A DNA stretch of 64,000 bases, from positions 462,395 to 526,394 of the forward strand of contig CAWEAA010000008.1 in assembly GCA_963806905.1 (NCBI GenBank), read 5' to 3'. The position numbers and the translations under genes were made by a program. This DNA is from an uncultured Verrucomicrobiae bacterium. Its GTDB lineage: Bacteria; Verrucomicrobiota; Verrucomicrobiia; Limisphaerales; UBA11358. The notes under the pieces are model-generated. The model ran no database searches. It was not told the origin of the DNA and saw nothing but the letters and a program-made list of their open reading frames with translations. This document shows, piece by piece, positions 36,638 to 46,828 of this stretch. How positions within the stretch are numbered: position 1 is the first letter of the stretch; the number at the start of each line of letters is the position of its first letter.

Positions 36638-38032
36638 ATGAAAATCCATTTCTTCGGCGCGACGCGCACCACCACCGGCTCGATGTATCTGTTCGAGGTC
36701 AACGGCCGCCGATTGTTGCTCGAATGCGGCTTGTTTCAAGGCCGCCGCGAGGAATCCATCCAGCGCAACTGCTGTTTTCCCTTCGACCCGAGGCAGATTG
36801 ACGCCGTGGTGTTGAGCCACGCGCACATTGATCACGCGGGCAATCTGCCGAACCTGTGCAAGCAGGGTTACACCGGCAACATTTACTGCACCTTCGCCAC
36901 GCGCGACCTGTCCGGCATCATGCTCGTGGACTCTGCGCAAATCCAGAAGGATGACGCGGCGTTCGTCTCCAAAAAACGCGCGAAGCAAAAACTCCCGCCG
37001 GTTGAACCGCTTTACTCCGAAGCCGACGCCGAGAAGGCGCTCCAGCAATTCGTCGCCTTCAATTACGACCGCCCCTTTCCGGTGCTCGACGGCGTGACGG
37101 TCACGTTTCGCGACGCCGGACACATTCTCGGCTCGGCGCAGGTGGTTCTGGACATTCGGGAAGGTGGACGCCAGTTCCGTTATTTGTTCAGCGGCGACGT
37201 TGGCCGCGGCAATGACGAAATTCTCCGCGATCCGGCGCCGGTCGAAAACGTGGATTATCTCCAGATCGAATCCACCTACGGCGGGCGCGAACATTCCATC
37301 CGTACGGACGCTGACGAAACCGTGGGCCGGCTGGTGCTGGAAACCTTGAAACAGAACGGCAAGGTCATCATTCCGGCGTTTTCAGTGGGGCGCACGCAGC
37401 AGATTGTCTATGTGCTCCACCAGCTCACGCTGGCCGGGAAACTGCCGCGCGTGCCGATTTTCGTGGACAGCCCGTTGAGCGTGAACGCCACGGAGATTTA
37501 CCGCCTGCACCCGGAATGTTTCAATGACACCATCAACCAATTCCTGCACGAGAAGGAAAATCCGTTCGGGATGGAAAATCTCACTTATATTCGCGAAGCG
37601 GCGAACTCGCGGAAACTGAACGATTTGAAGGAACCCGCCATCATCATCAGCGCGTCGGGCATGTGCGAAGCCGGGCGCATCCGGCATCATCTCAAAAACC
37701 ACATCGGCAACCCGGGCAATCTGATTCTGTTCATCGGCTACTGTGCGGAACACACGCTGGGCGCGCAGATCGTGGCGGGACAAAATCCGGTCAACATCTT
37801 TGGCGAACCGCAGGCGGTGCGCGCCAAAATCGTTTCGCTGGACACCTACTCCGGCCACGCGGACAAAAATGAGTTGAAACAATACGTCGAAAAAATTTCC
37901 GGCGACCTCAAAAAAATCGTTTGCATCCACGGTGAAGAATCGCAGTGCCTGGCCCATGCCGAAACCTTGCGCGCCATGAAGCCGAAGGCCGAGGTGCTCG
38001 TCCCGGAATACAAACAGGTGGTGGAAATTTGA
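36638..38032 (+). CDS. MBL-fold beta-CASP nuclease
   Basis: SHAHIDHAG, AGHILGSA, FSGD, ESTYG, SGHAD, HGE. Confidence 0.93.
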   Translation: MKIHFFGATRTTTGSMYLFEVNGRRLLLECGLFQGRREESIQRNCCFPFDPRQIDAVVLSHAHIDHAGNLPNLCKQGYTGNIYCTFATRDLSGIMLVDSAQIQKDDAAFVSKKRAKQKLPPVEPLYSEADAEKALQQFVAFNYDRPFPVLDGVTVTFRDAGHILGSAQVVLDIREGGRQFRYLFSGDVGRGNDEILRDPAPVENVDYLQIESTYGGREHSIRTDADETVGRLVLETLKQNGKVIIPAFSVGRTQQIVYVLHQLTLAGKLPRVPIFVDSPLSVNATEIYRLHPECFNDTINQFLHEKENPFGMENLTYIREAANSRKLNDLKEPAIIISASGMCEAGRIRHHLKNHIGNPGNLILFIGYCAEHTLGAQIVAGQNPVNIFGEPQAVRAKIVSLDTYSGHADKNELKQYVEKISGDLKKIVCIHGEESQCLAHAETLRAMKPKAEVLVPEYKQVVEI

Positions 38033-38094
38033 TTTGGTGCCTACGGCGCTGAAAATATAACGGCAAAACGACGGTGACGAAAATGCCGAGGCTG

Positions 38095-39042
38095 TCAATC
38101 ATCAGTCATCCGTGCTTCATCCGGCAAGGTGGCTCTGATGGTGGCTTTGAGTTCTTCAGCTGCATCTTGTGGTGAAGCTTTATCCCACTTAACCGTCAAA
38201 TGGTGATTTGTATCAAAGTGAGTCTTCTTTTCCTCAAATTTTGTCTTCTCACAAATGAAGATAACCGGCTTGTTCAAGCCTTCAGCGAAACCTGCCTCCC
38301 AGTATGCACCTTCATTATCGTCTGTTAAGTCGGCAATTACGAACCGCGCGTTTCTGATTTCCACCCTGAGACGATCATCAATGAGACCTGCTCGTGGTTT
38401 TTCATCCAGCCTTCGCAAATCAAAACCTGTTTGGGAAACGGCGGGCTTGAAGACATCTTTGACAAGCCGATCTAAATCCTGATTGTCATATTGCATCACC
38501 ATAAACGCGACACGGCTGCGCGGATTATTTCGGCGAAACTTTTCGTAATAAACCCATCCATCCACTGACAAAGTCGTATGCGATTCAAATAGGCCGTTTT
38601 TTGCCATGTCAATTAGTTCAATGAGGCCTTGTTTTGCAAGATGAGTTATGACTTGGCCGAAGGCACTTCTGTTTACTGCGCCCAATACTGCCCGATGTGT
38701 TTGCGGAGTTATCCAGACCCTATGGCCTACGAAGCTTAAATTACTGCCAAGCCAAAGAATCAAATTGTCACATTGTTCAGAAGCCGTTGGCAATGGTTTC
38801 TCGATGATTTTCTTGAAGATGCTTTCAGTCAACAAAGGCGTGCCGTTCACCTGCATTTTTCGTAAGGCATGACTTAATACAGCACGCTTAATCTCGTCCC
38901 GCCCAAGGACTGTAATCAGTTGGGCTGCTAAGTTAGCGGTATCGAATGTGCCACAATTTGCACAGACAAAACGCACATTGCTGCTGTTAGACAGCTCTCT
39001 GGATTCACCATTAAGCTCCTCTTCGCAAACAGGACATTTCAT
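38095..39042 (-). CDS. Zn-ribbon/wHTH protein with C-terminal nucleoside 2-deoxyribosyltransferase-like (TIR-related) domain
   Basis: CPVC..CANC, FVIADLTDDNEGAYWEAGFAEGLNKPVI, lower GC than neighbours. Confidence 0.75.
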   Translation of the reverse strand: MKCPVCEEELNGESRELSNSSNVRFVCANCGTFDTANLAAQLITVLGRDEIKRAVLSHALRKMQVNGTPLLTESIFKKIIEKPLPTASEQCDNLILWLGSNLSFVGHRVWITPQTHRAVLGAVNRSAFGQVITHLAKQGLIELIDMAKNGLFESHTTLSVDGWVYYEKFRRNNPRSRVAFMVMQYDNQDLDRLVKDVFKPAVSQTGFDLRRLDEKPRAGLIDDRLRVEIRNARFVIADLTDDNEGAYWEAGFAEGLNKPVIFICEKTKFEEKKTHFDTNHHLTVKWDKASPQDAAEELKATIRATLPDEARMTDD

Positions 39043-39048
39043 ATTATT

Positions 39049-39534
39049 TCACTCCCTGAAATTCACAAACTGCACCGGGACGGGAAAATCCTGCGCGCGC
39101 ACGGCGCCGATGACGGCCTGTAGTTCGTCCCGGCTTTTGCCGGTCACGCGGATGGCGTCGCCCTGAATCTGCGTCGTCACCTTGAATTTGCCGTCGCGGA
39201 TGAAGCCGGTGATTTGCCTGGCGATGGAGGATTCGATGCCCTGCTTGATTTTGATGACCTGCCGCGCGTGGCCGAGCGGCGAGACGTCCGGTTCGGCCTT
39301 TTCCACGCTCTTCAAGCTGATATTGCGCTTGGCGAGCCGGCCCATGACGATTTCCGTGAGGGCGTTGATTTTGAACTGATCCGCGGCGGCGAGCTTGATT
39401 TCGTTTTTTTCGAGGACGATCTCCGCCTTGGTGCCCTTGAAATCGAAGCGGTTGGCCAGTTCCTTGTTGGCCTGGTTGACGGCATTCTCGATTTCCATCG
39501 AGTTGACCTGGGAAACAATGTCGAATGAAGGCAT
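39049..39534 (-). CDS. yajQ: YajQ family nucleotide-binding protein
   Basis: MPSFDIVS, RFDFKG, QIQGD..RVTGKSRDELQ, QFVNFRE. Confidence 0.97.
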   Translation of the reverse strand: MPSFDIVSQVNSMEIENAVNQANKELANRFDFKGTKAEIVLEKNEIKLAAADQFKINALTEIVMGRLAKRNISLKSVEKAEPDVSPLGHARQVIKIKQGIESSIARQITGFIRDGKFKVTTQIQGDAIRVTGKSRDELQAVIGAVRAQDFPVPVQFVNFRE

Positions 39535-39814
39535 GATTCAATTTATGATTTGCGATTTACGATTTACGATTTTGTGCGCGGGCGCAAATCTTAAATCGTC
39601 CGAACCAATTTGGTAGTGTCTTAATTTGAAGGAGCGCGGTTTGTCTCAAACCGCAGCGCTTTTGTAAGCAAAGCCAGCCGCCCGTGATTTCAATGGTTCT
39701 TCTCGTAAGAACCTGCTGCGAGTTGGGACAACTCGCGCTCCGATTTTCAAGTTAAGACACTCCTACCAATTTGATTGATTTCAAAACCGGCGCAGCATAG
39801 AAATCGCCAGCCAA

Positions 39815-41710
39815 ATGCCGACTGTCGTGCTCCTTTGGGTCTGGTTTTGCGCGTATCTCAATTGCGCGGGCTGGGCGCTGTCCGCGATTCACGAACTGAA
39901 CGCCCGCGGTTACGCCGTCGCGCTGCTGATTTGGTTCATCGCCCTGTGCGTCTGGCGGAAAAGAACTTCCACGCAGATGCTGCCTCATGTGCGCTGGCAA
40001 AAAATCCGCCGCCGTTTCCGGCGCCCGTTTCCGCTCGCGTTTTTAATTGTCGGATCACTCGCGATTCTCGGCGGTGTGATTTATGCCCCGAATAATTATG
40101 ACGCGCTGGCGTACCGGACGCCGCGCGTCTTGTATTGGCTGGCCGAGGGACGCTGGTACTGGATCCACACCGATTTCCAACGGCTCAACGTGCGCGGATG
40201 CGGAATTGAATGGGTGACGGCGCCGATCATCGCGCTGGCCCACACGGACCGTTTCCTGTTTGTCATCAACGCCATTTGCTTTGCGTTGTTGCCCGGGCGC
40301 GTGTTCAGCCTGCTGATTCGCCTCGGCGTGCGAGGTCGCGTGGCGTGGCCGTGGATGTGGTTGTTCCCGACCGGTTATTGCTATCTCCTGCAAGCCGGCA
40401 GCATCGCGAACGATTTGTTCGGCGCGGTAATCGCGATGGCCGCGGTCGAATTTGCCCTGCGCGCGCGGGAGAGCGGCCGCGCCGGGCATTTGTGGGTGGC
40501 AATGCTCGGCGCCGGACTGATGACCGCCAGCAAGGCGTTCAATCTTCTGTTGCTGCTGCCGTGGCTCGCGGTAGCGTGGCCGGCGTGGCGGCTGCTGTTT
40601 CGCCGGCCCATGGTTTCCGCCCTCGTGCTGGCGATGGCGGCGGGCACTTCGTTAATACCAACCGCGCTGTTGAATTTGAAATATTGCGGCGATTGGACGG
40701 GAATGGCCGCAGAACACGCCCAAAGCCTCGCGAATGGCTCGCCGGTGTTTCATTTTTTGGTGAACCCCGTTTTGCTGGTGATGCACAATTTTGTGCCGCC
40801 GATTTTTCCCCTGGCGGGCGCATGGAACCATCTCATGACGCGATTGATTCCTCCAGCGCTGTCGGCGCGTCTTTACCAGAACTTCGAGGAAGCCGGCGCC
40901 AGGCTGGAACTCGGTGAAATGCAACAGGAAGAAGCCGCGGGACTCGGATTCGGACTGAGCATTCTGCTGACGGTGGTTTTCATTTTTAAAATTTTGCGTC
41001 AGCCGCGTCCCTGTTTTTCATGGCCGGGACTTCGGACCCTGTTCAAGCCGGAGTGGCTGGTTCCTTTGGCTGCGTGGGCGGCGACGGGCGTGTTTATGTG
41101 TCAATCCGGCCTGGGTTGTCCGGCCCGATACCTGGCGCCGTTTTACGCACTGCTGCTCGCGCCCATCCTCGCCGGTGGCGCCGGCCAACTGCAACTGGTG
41201 CGCCGCGCGTGGTGGCGGCGGGCCGAGATGCTGGTTTTTCTGCTGGCGGGTTTGCTGATTGTCGTTATTCCTGCCCGGCCACTTTGGCCGGCGGTTTCGA
41301 TTTTGCGCGCCCTGGGAGCCGACCAATCTTCGCATCGCCTGTTGGCGAGGGCTTGGGCGGTTTATTCCGTTTACGGACATCGCGCGGATGCTTTCCGCTC
41401 CGCGCGCGAAATGTTGCCGGCGGAAGCCAATCCGTTGGGGCTGATTACCGGGGACGACCCCGAAGCGTCCCTTTGGCGTCCATTCGGGTCGCGGCGGATT
41501 CTGCATGTTTGCGGGGACGACACGCCGGAGGAAATTCGCCGCCAGGGGATCCAATACGTGCTGGCAAGTTCGCGCACGCTGACGCATAATCAGGGAGTTT
41601 CATTGGACCAATGGTTGACGAAAAACAACGCCGAGCTGGTGCAGCGTATCAGTCTGGACCTGCGCGCCGGCACAGGATCATCGGACTGGTACCTGATTAA
41701 ATTGCGTTGA
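39815..41710 (+). CDS. Polytopic GT-C-like glycosyltransferase (paralog 1)
   Basis: PNNYDALAYRTPRV, SIANDL, many TM helices. Confidence 0.75.
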   Translation: MPTVVLLWVWFCAYLNCAGWALSAIHELNARGYAVALLIWFIALCVWRKRTSTQMLPHVRWQKIRRRFRRPFPLAFLIVGSLAILGGVIYAPNNYDALAYRTPRVLYWLAEGRWYWIHTDFQRLNVRGCGIEWVTAPIIALAHTDRFLFVINAICFALLPGRVFSLLIRLGVRGRVAWPWMWLFPTGYCYLLQAGSIANDLFGAVIAMAAVEFALRARESGRAGHLWVAMLGAGLMTASKAFNLLLLLPWLAVAWPAWRLLFRRPMVSALVLAMAAGTSLIPTALLNLKYCGDWTGMAAEHAQSLANGSPVFHFLVNPVLLVMHNFVPPIFPLAGAWNHLMTRLIPPALSARLYQNFEEAGARLELGEMQQEEAAGLGFGLSILLTVVFIFKILRQPRPCFSWPGLRTLFKPEWLVPLAAWAATGVFMCQSGLGCPARYLAPFYALLLAPILAGGAGQLQLVRRAWWRRAEMLVFLLAGLLIVVIPARPLWPAVSILRALGADQSSHRLLARAWAVYSVYGHRADAFRSAREMLPAEANPLGLITGDDPEASLWRPFGSRRILHVCGDDTPEEIRRQGIQYVLASSRTLTHNQGVSLDQWLTKNNAELVQRISLDLRAGTGSSDWYLIKLR

Positions 41711-41729
41711 AACCGCTGCGACAGAAATC

Positions 41730-42698
41730 ATGAGCCTCACCGAGGAATTGCAACGGAAAAAATTGACGGTGGCCGTCGTCATTCCCTGCTATCAGGAGGA
41801 GTTGACGATTGCCAAAGTCATTCAGGATTTCAAACAGGCGCTGCCCGGCGCGCAAATTCTGGTTTTCGACAACAACTGCACGGACGCCACGGCGGCCGTG
41901 GCCCGCCGGGCCGGCGCGGAAGTGCGCCGGGAAAAGCGGCAGGGAAAAGGCTTCGTCGTGGCCAGCATGTTCGAGGACGTGGGCGCGGACATTCTGGTGA
42001 TGGTGGATGGTGACGACACTTACGAGGCGTCGGCCGTCGGCGCGTTGCTGGAACCGATTCTCAACGGTGATGCCGACATGACGGTGGCCACGCGGCAGCA
42101 CACTTACGGGAAAAAATCCTTCCGGCGATTTCATTTGTTGGGAAATAAACTGGTCTGCGCCGCGATCAATTGGATGTTCCGGACACACATCACCGATATT
42201 TTTTCGGGTTACCGCGCTCTCACGCGGGAGGCGGCGTCGCAGATTCCGATCACGGCGCGGGGGTTTGACGTGGAAACGGAACTCACCTTGCAGGCGCTTT
42301 ATCGCGGGTTGGTCATCAAAGAAATTTCCGCTCCGTATCGGGCGAGGCCGCAAGGAAGTTTTTCCAAGTTGAGCACCCTGTCCGATGGCTTGCGGGTGGT
42401 CCTGAAGCTCTTCCTGATTTTGAAATCGTACAAGCCGCTCACGTTTTTTGGCATCTGCAGCATCGTGCTTTTTATCCTGGGATGCGCGGCAGGTGCCCGA
42501 CCGATTTACGAATACGTGACCGAACGATACGTCCACGCAGTTCCCAGCGCCATCCTCGCGGCTTCATTGGTCTTGCTGGCATTTTTGACATTGGGCCTGG
42601 GGTTGATTCTCAACAGCACCAACCTGCGTCTGCTGGAACTGGAGAGGCTGATTTGCAAGCGACTTTCCCGGCACAACCGTTCCCAACACCCGTCATGA
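41730..42698 (+). CDS. GT2 polyprenol-phosphate glycosyltransferase
   Basis: IPCYQEE, DNNCTD, VDGDDTY, TDIFSGYRA, two C-terminal TMs. Confidence 0.92.
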   Translation: MSLTEELQRKKLTVAVVIPCYQEELTIAKVIQDFKQALPGAQILVFDNNCTDATAAVARRAGAEVRREKRQGKGFVVASMFEDVGADILVMVDGDDTYEASAVGALLEPILNGDADMTVATRQHTYGKKSFRRFHLLGNKLVCAAINWMFRTHITDIFSGYRALTREAASQIPITARGFDVETELTLQALYRGLVIKEISAPYRARPQGSFSKLSTLSDGLRVVLKLFLILKSYKPLTFFGICSIVLFILGCAAGARPIYEYVTERYVHAVPSAILAASLVLLAFLTLGLGLILNSTNLRLLELERLICKRLSRHNRSQHPS

Positions 42699-42731
42699 CC
42701 GGCGCGAAATCGAAAATCGCGAACTGAAAAA

Positions 42732-43523
42732 ATGCTGGCCTGGCTCAAAGAACCGTTGTTGGAAGGACTGCCGCCGGGAACACCGGCATACTTTGCGGCC
42801 CAGAAGTCGCTCCTCCTCAACCGGCCTTTGATCAAGCGTTGTTATGACGATTGGTACGAGCGGCTGCTGCGCGACACCCGGTCAGCTCCGGCCCGGGGTG
42901 CCATCCTTGAACTGGGCAGCGGCGGCAGCTACTTGAAAGATCTGGAGCCGTCCATCATCACGTCCGATGTCGTGGAGCATATCGCAGACCGCGTCATTGA
43001 CGCGCGCCGTCTGCCTTTCGGAAACGAATCGGTCCGGGCCATCCTGCTGACCCACACCTTGCACCATATCCCGGACGTGGACGCGTTCTTCGCCGAAGCG
43101 CAGCGCGTGTTAATCCCGGGCGGCGTGATTGCGATGATCGAAATAACGCATACCCCGTTTGCGCGATTTTTCTTCACGCATTGCCACCGCGAACCCTACC
43201 GCGACGACTATCGGGAATGGTCGTTCGCCCAGGCGGATTCCATGCTCGATTCGAACCAGGCGCTGGCCTGGATCGTTTTCGTCCGCGACCGTTCCCGGTT
43301 CGAGCAGCGCTACCCGACGTTGAAGCTCGAAACGCTGGCGCCGCTGCCCTGGTTCACCTACTTCGTTTCCGGTGGTGTGACGGCCCGTTACCTGGTTCCA
43401 AACTTCATGAATGGTTTGCTGGTCGGCTTGGAGCGGTTGCTCGAACCGTTTGCTTCGCTGTTCGCGCTCCACTGGCACATTTGTGTCCGGAAGGAACCGA
43501 GCAAACCCGGATTGCGGAGTTGA
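42732..43523 (+). CDS. Class I SAM methyltransferase
   Basis: LELGSGG, DARRLPF, LHHIPD. Confidence 0.9.
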   Translation: MLAWLKEPLLEGLPPGTPAYFAAQKSLLLNRPLIKRCYDDWYERLLRDTRSAPARGAILELGSGGSYLKDLEPSIITSDVVEHIADRVIDARRLPFGNESVRAILLTHTLHHIPDVDAFFAEAQRVLIPGGVIAMIEITHTPFARFFFTHCHREPYRDDYREWSFAQADSMLDSNQALAWIVFVRDRSRFEQRYPTLKLETLAPLPWFTYFVSGGVTARYLVPNFMNGLLVGLERLLEPFASLFALHWHICVRKEPSKPGLRS

Positions 43524-43703
43524 AATGGCCGCCGACAACGCAAAAAACCATGGCGGGAACACCACGAAATGATGCAGGGATCAACAGCCGGCAGGGCGAT
43601 TAACCGGGCGACAACCCCCCGGTCCTCGCCGATGGTGAGAGCCTGACGGGTTCAAATGAACAAAATCAAACGTAACTTCGATATCGAGTCGCGCCGACTG
43701 GAC

Positions 43704-45590
43704 ATGCCGGGTGCGGTTGGGATCTGGATTTGGATTTGCGCGTATCTCAATGTGGCGGGCTGGACGCTTTCCGCGATGCATCAGTTATCGGCCGCAGGTT
43801 ACGCAGTGACAGTGCTGGTCGGGATGGCTGCTCTGTGCGCCTGGCAGCTCAAAACGTCCGGAACGACTTTTCCCGGGGTTCGGTGGCGGAAGTATCGTCG
43901 CCGATTCCGGCGGCTATTTCCGGCGGCCTTCTTGATTCTGGCGGCGATGGCCTTTCTCGGCGGTGTTTTGTATGCGCCGAGCAATTACGACGCGCTGGCC
44001 TATCGTATTCCGCGTGTGTTGCATTGGCTCGCGGCGGGTCAATGGCACTGGATTCACACGACGTTCACGCGCATCAACACGCGCTCCTGCGGCATCGAAT
44101 GGGTTTCCGCGCCTTGCATCGCGTTGTTTAAAACCGTTCGCCCGCTGTTCCTGATCAACGTGATTTCTTTTCTGCTGTTGCCCGGCCTGGTGTTCAGCGT
44201 GTTCACGCGCCTGGGTGTGCGGCGCCGCGTGGCGTGGCATTGGATGTGGATTGTGCCGACGGGTTACGGCCTTTTGCTGCAAGCCGGGAGCCTTGGCAAC
44301 GATCTGTTCGGCGCAACCTTCGTGCTGGCGGCGGTGGATTTTGCGCTGCGCGCAAAAGTTTCCCGCTCCCCGCGTGACTTTTTTGCCTCGATCCTGGCGG
44401 CGGCGATGATGACCAGCGCAAAGACGGGCAACCTGCCGCTATTGCTGCCGTGGGCGGTGGCGATGCTCCCTTCAATCAAACTGGTCTTCCGCTGGCCGCT
44501 GAAAACTGCCGCGGTTTGCGCGCTCGCCATTTTCGCCTCGGCGCTGCCGACCATGGTTATGAACGCGAAATATTGCGGCGATTGGTCCGGGCTGGCGCCG
44601 GAGACCGTGGGTTTAAAAAATGAACCGGCGTTTCAGGCGGGAGCGAACACCGTGCTGCTGACCATCGAAAATTTCGTGCCGCCGGTTTTCCCGCTGGCCG
44701 GCCAATGGAATCAATTCGTGGACCGGGTGATGCCGGCGGGGTTGGGCGGGCGGCTGCAACAAACCATCGTGGGGCGTGACGAAAAATTGCAACTGCCTGA
44801 AATGCAAATGGAGGAAAACGCGGGACTCGGCTTTGGCGTTTGTGTTTTGCTGCTGGCCAGCATTGTGGCGGCAAGGTTCACGGCGCGAAACCATCCGAGT
44901 GATACACGGCAAAGGGACCGCGGCCTGAAGTGGCAAACGTGCGTACGGCTCGCACCCATGGTTTCGCTGGTGGCGCTGCTGACCCAAACTCATATGGGCG
45001 GCACCAGCCGTCTGGTTATCGCCTATTATGCCTTCCTGTTGCCGCCGCTGCTGGTGTGCGCCGGACACGAAAGAGTGGTGACCTGGCGCTGGTGGAAGAT
45101 TTCGGCGTTTGCCGTTTTCTTTATGGCGGCGGGATTGCTGGTCCTTTCTCCGGCGCGACCGTTGTTTCCGGTCCAAACCATTCTGGGAAAGATTCAACCG
45201 CGCGCCCCCGATTCCAGATTGTTGGCGCGGGTGAATGAGGTTTATCTGGTTTATCGCGAACGCCCCGACGGTTTTGCCCCGGTCCGCGCCATGTTGCCGC
45301 CGGACGCGCGCATTCTCGGAATGGTCACCTGGGACGATCCGGAAACCTCCCTGTGGTGTCCTTTTGGTTCGCGCCGCATCGAACACGTTTGCCCCGAAGA
45401 CACCGCGGCGGATTTGAAGCGGCGGGGCATCGAATATGTTTTGGCCACGGGGGAGATGTTGGGGAAACCGTTTGGCGGTTCGCTGGACGAATGGCTCAAG
45501 CGCATGAACGGGCAGGTTGTCTGGAAAATTCCACTCAACCTGCGCGCTTCGCACGGCCCGCTCGACTGGTATCTGGTCCAGTTGCAGTGA
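43704..45590 (+). CDS. Polytopic GT-C-like glycosyltransferase (paralog 2)
   Basis: PSNYDALAYRIPRV, colinear with 39815-41710. Confidence 0.75.
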   Translation: MPGAVGIWIWICAYLNVAGWTLSAMHQLSAAGYAVTVLVGMAALCAWQLKTSGTTFPGVRWRKYRRRFRRLFPAAFLILAAMAFLGGVLYAPSNYDALAYRIPRVLHWLAAGQWHWIHTTFTRINTRSCGIEWVSAPCIALFKTVRPLFLINVISFLLLPGLVFSVFTRLGVRRRVAWHWMWIVPTGYGLLLQAGSLGNDLFGATFVLAAVDFALRAKVSRSPRDFFASILAAAMMTSAKTGNLPLLLPWAVAMLPSIKLVFRWPLKTAAVCALAIFASALPTMVMNAKYCGDWSGLAPETVGLKNEPAFQAGANTVLLTIENFVPPVFPLAGQWNQFVDRVMPAGLGGRLQQTIVGRDEKLQLPEMQMEENAGLGFGVCVLLLASIVAARFTARNHPSDTRQRDRGLKWQTCVRLAPMVSLVALLTQTHMGGTSRLVIAYYAFLLPPLLVCAGHERVVTWRWWKISAFAVFFMAAGLLVLSPARPLFPVQTILGKIQPRAPDSRLLARVNEVYLVYRERPDGFAPVRAMLPPDARILGMVTWDDPETSLWCPFGSRRIEHVCPEDTAADLKRRGIEYVLATGEMLGKPFGGSLDEWLKRMNGQVVWKIPLNLRASHGPLDWYLVQLQ

Positions 45591-45640
45591 ACCGAAACCC
45601 GCGCTCGCCATGTGCCCGGGTGTCTGGGTAAGTTGCACTC

Positions 45641-46828
45641 ATGAACGAACCGGTTGAACTGAGTATCGTGATGCCGTGCCTGAACGAGGCCGAGACCATC
45701 GCCCGTTGCATCGAAAAGGCACGGCTCGGCATTCAACGCGCCGGCGTGCGCGGCGAAATTATCATCGCCGACAACGGCAGCACTGACGGGTCACAGGCGA
45801 TTGCGGAAAAAATGGACGTGCGCATCGTTCCGGTAAAGGAAAAGGGCTATGGCAGCGCGCTGCGCGGCGGCATCCGCGCCGCTCTCGGGAAATGGATTCT
45901 CATGGGCGATGCGGACGACAGCTACGATTTTTCCGACCTGACCGGCTTCGTCAAAAAATTTCAGGAAGGTTTTGAGCTGGTCATGGGCTGCCGTTTGCCG
46001 GTTGGCGGAGGGACCATTCTGCCCGGCGCCATGCCGTGGAAAAACCGCTGGCTCGGCAACCCGGCGCTGTCGTTCATCGGCCGCTTTTTTTTCAAGTGTC
46101 CGGCGCGCGATTTTCATTGCGGCCTGCGTGGTTTCACCCGGGCGGCGTTTGAAAGACTGGAATTGCAGACGACGGGCATGGAATTCGCCTCCGAAATGGT
46201 CATCAAGGCCACGCTCCGGAAGTTTAAAATTTCCGAGGTGCCCATCACGTTGCACCCGGATGGGCGCTCGCGCCCGCCGCATTTGAAACCGTGGCGCGAT
46301 GGCTGGCGGCATTTGCGATTCATGCTCATTTACTCGCCGCGCTGGCTGTTTCTCGCGCCGGGGCTTTTGCTCTCGGCGCTGGGAATCATTCTTGCCGCCG
46401 CGCTGTCGGTGAATGACATCCAGATCGGCGGCGTCCAATTGAACGTCGGCACGCTGATGATGGCGTGCATGGCAATCATTGTGGGTTTCCAACTCGTCGC
46501 CTTCGCGTTTTTCACCAAGGTTTTTGCCATCGCCGAAGGCCTGCTGCCGGAAGACCCCAAACTCACGCGCGTCTTCAAAATTTTCACGCTGGAACGGGGC
46601 ATTGTCGCCGGCCTGGTCGTGTTGCTGGTGGGAACGATTTTATTTCTGCGCGCGCTGTGGCTTTGGCAACAGGCCGGCTTCGGCCTGCTGCCGTCCACGG
46701 AGGAAAACCTGCGCCGACTGATTCCGGCGGCGACGCTCATGATTCTTGGCATTCAGAGTGTCTTTTCGAGCTTCTTCATGAGTGTGCTCGGCCTGAAAAC
46801 GGTTTCGCGCCGGCCGCCCGGAGCTTAG
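45641..46828 (+). CDS. GT2 polyprenol-phosphate glycosyltransferase (DPM-synthase-like)
   Basis: MPCLNEAE, DNGSTDGS, GDADDSYD, DFHCGLRGF, C-terminal TMs. Confidence 0.92.
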   Translation: MNEPVELSIVMPCLNEAETIARCIEKARLGIQRAGVRGEIIIADNGSTDGSQAIAEKMDVRIVPVKEKGYGSALRGGIRAALGKWILMGDADDSYDFSDLTGFVKKFQEGFELVMGCRLPVGGGTILPGAMPWKNRWLGNPALSFIGRFFFKCPARDFHCGLRGFTRAAFERLELQTTGMEFASEMVIKATLRKFKISEVPITLHPDGRSRPPHLKPWRDGWRHLRFMLIYSPRWLFLAPGLLLSALGIILAAALSVNDIQIGGVQLNVGTLMMACMAIIVGFQLVAFAFFTKVFAIAEGLLPEDPKLTRVFKIFTLERGIVAGLVVLLVGTILFLRALWLWQQAGFGLLPSTEENLRRLIPAATLMILGIQSVFSSFFMSVLGLKTVSRRPPGA

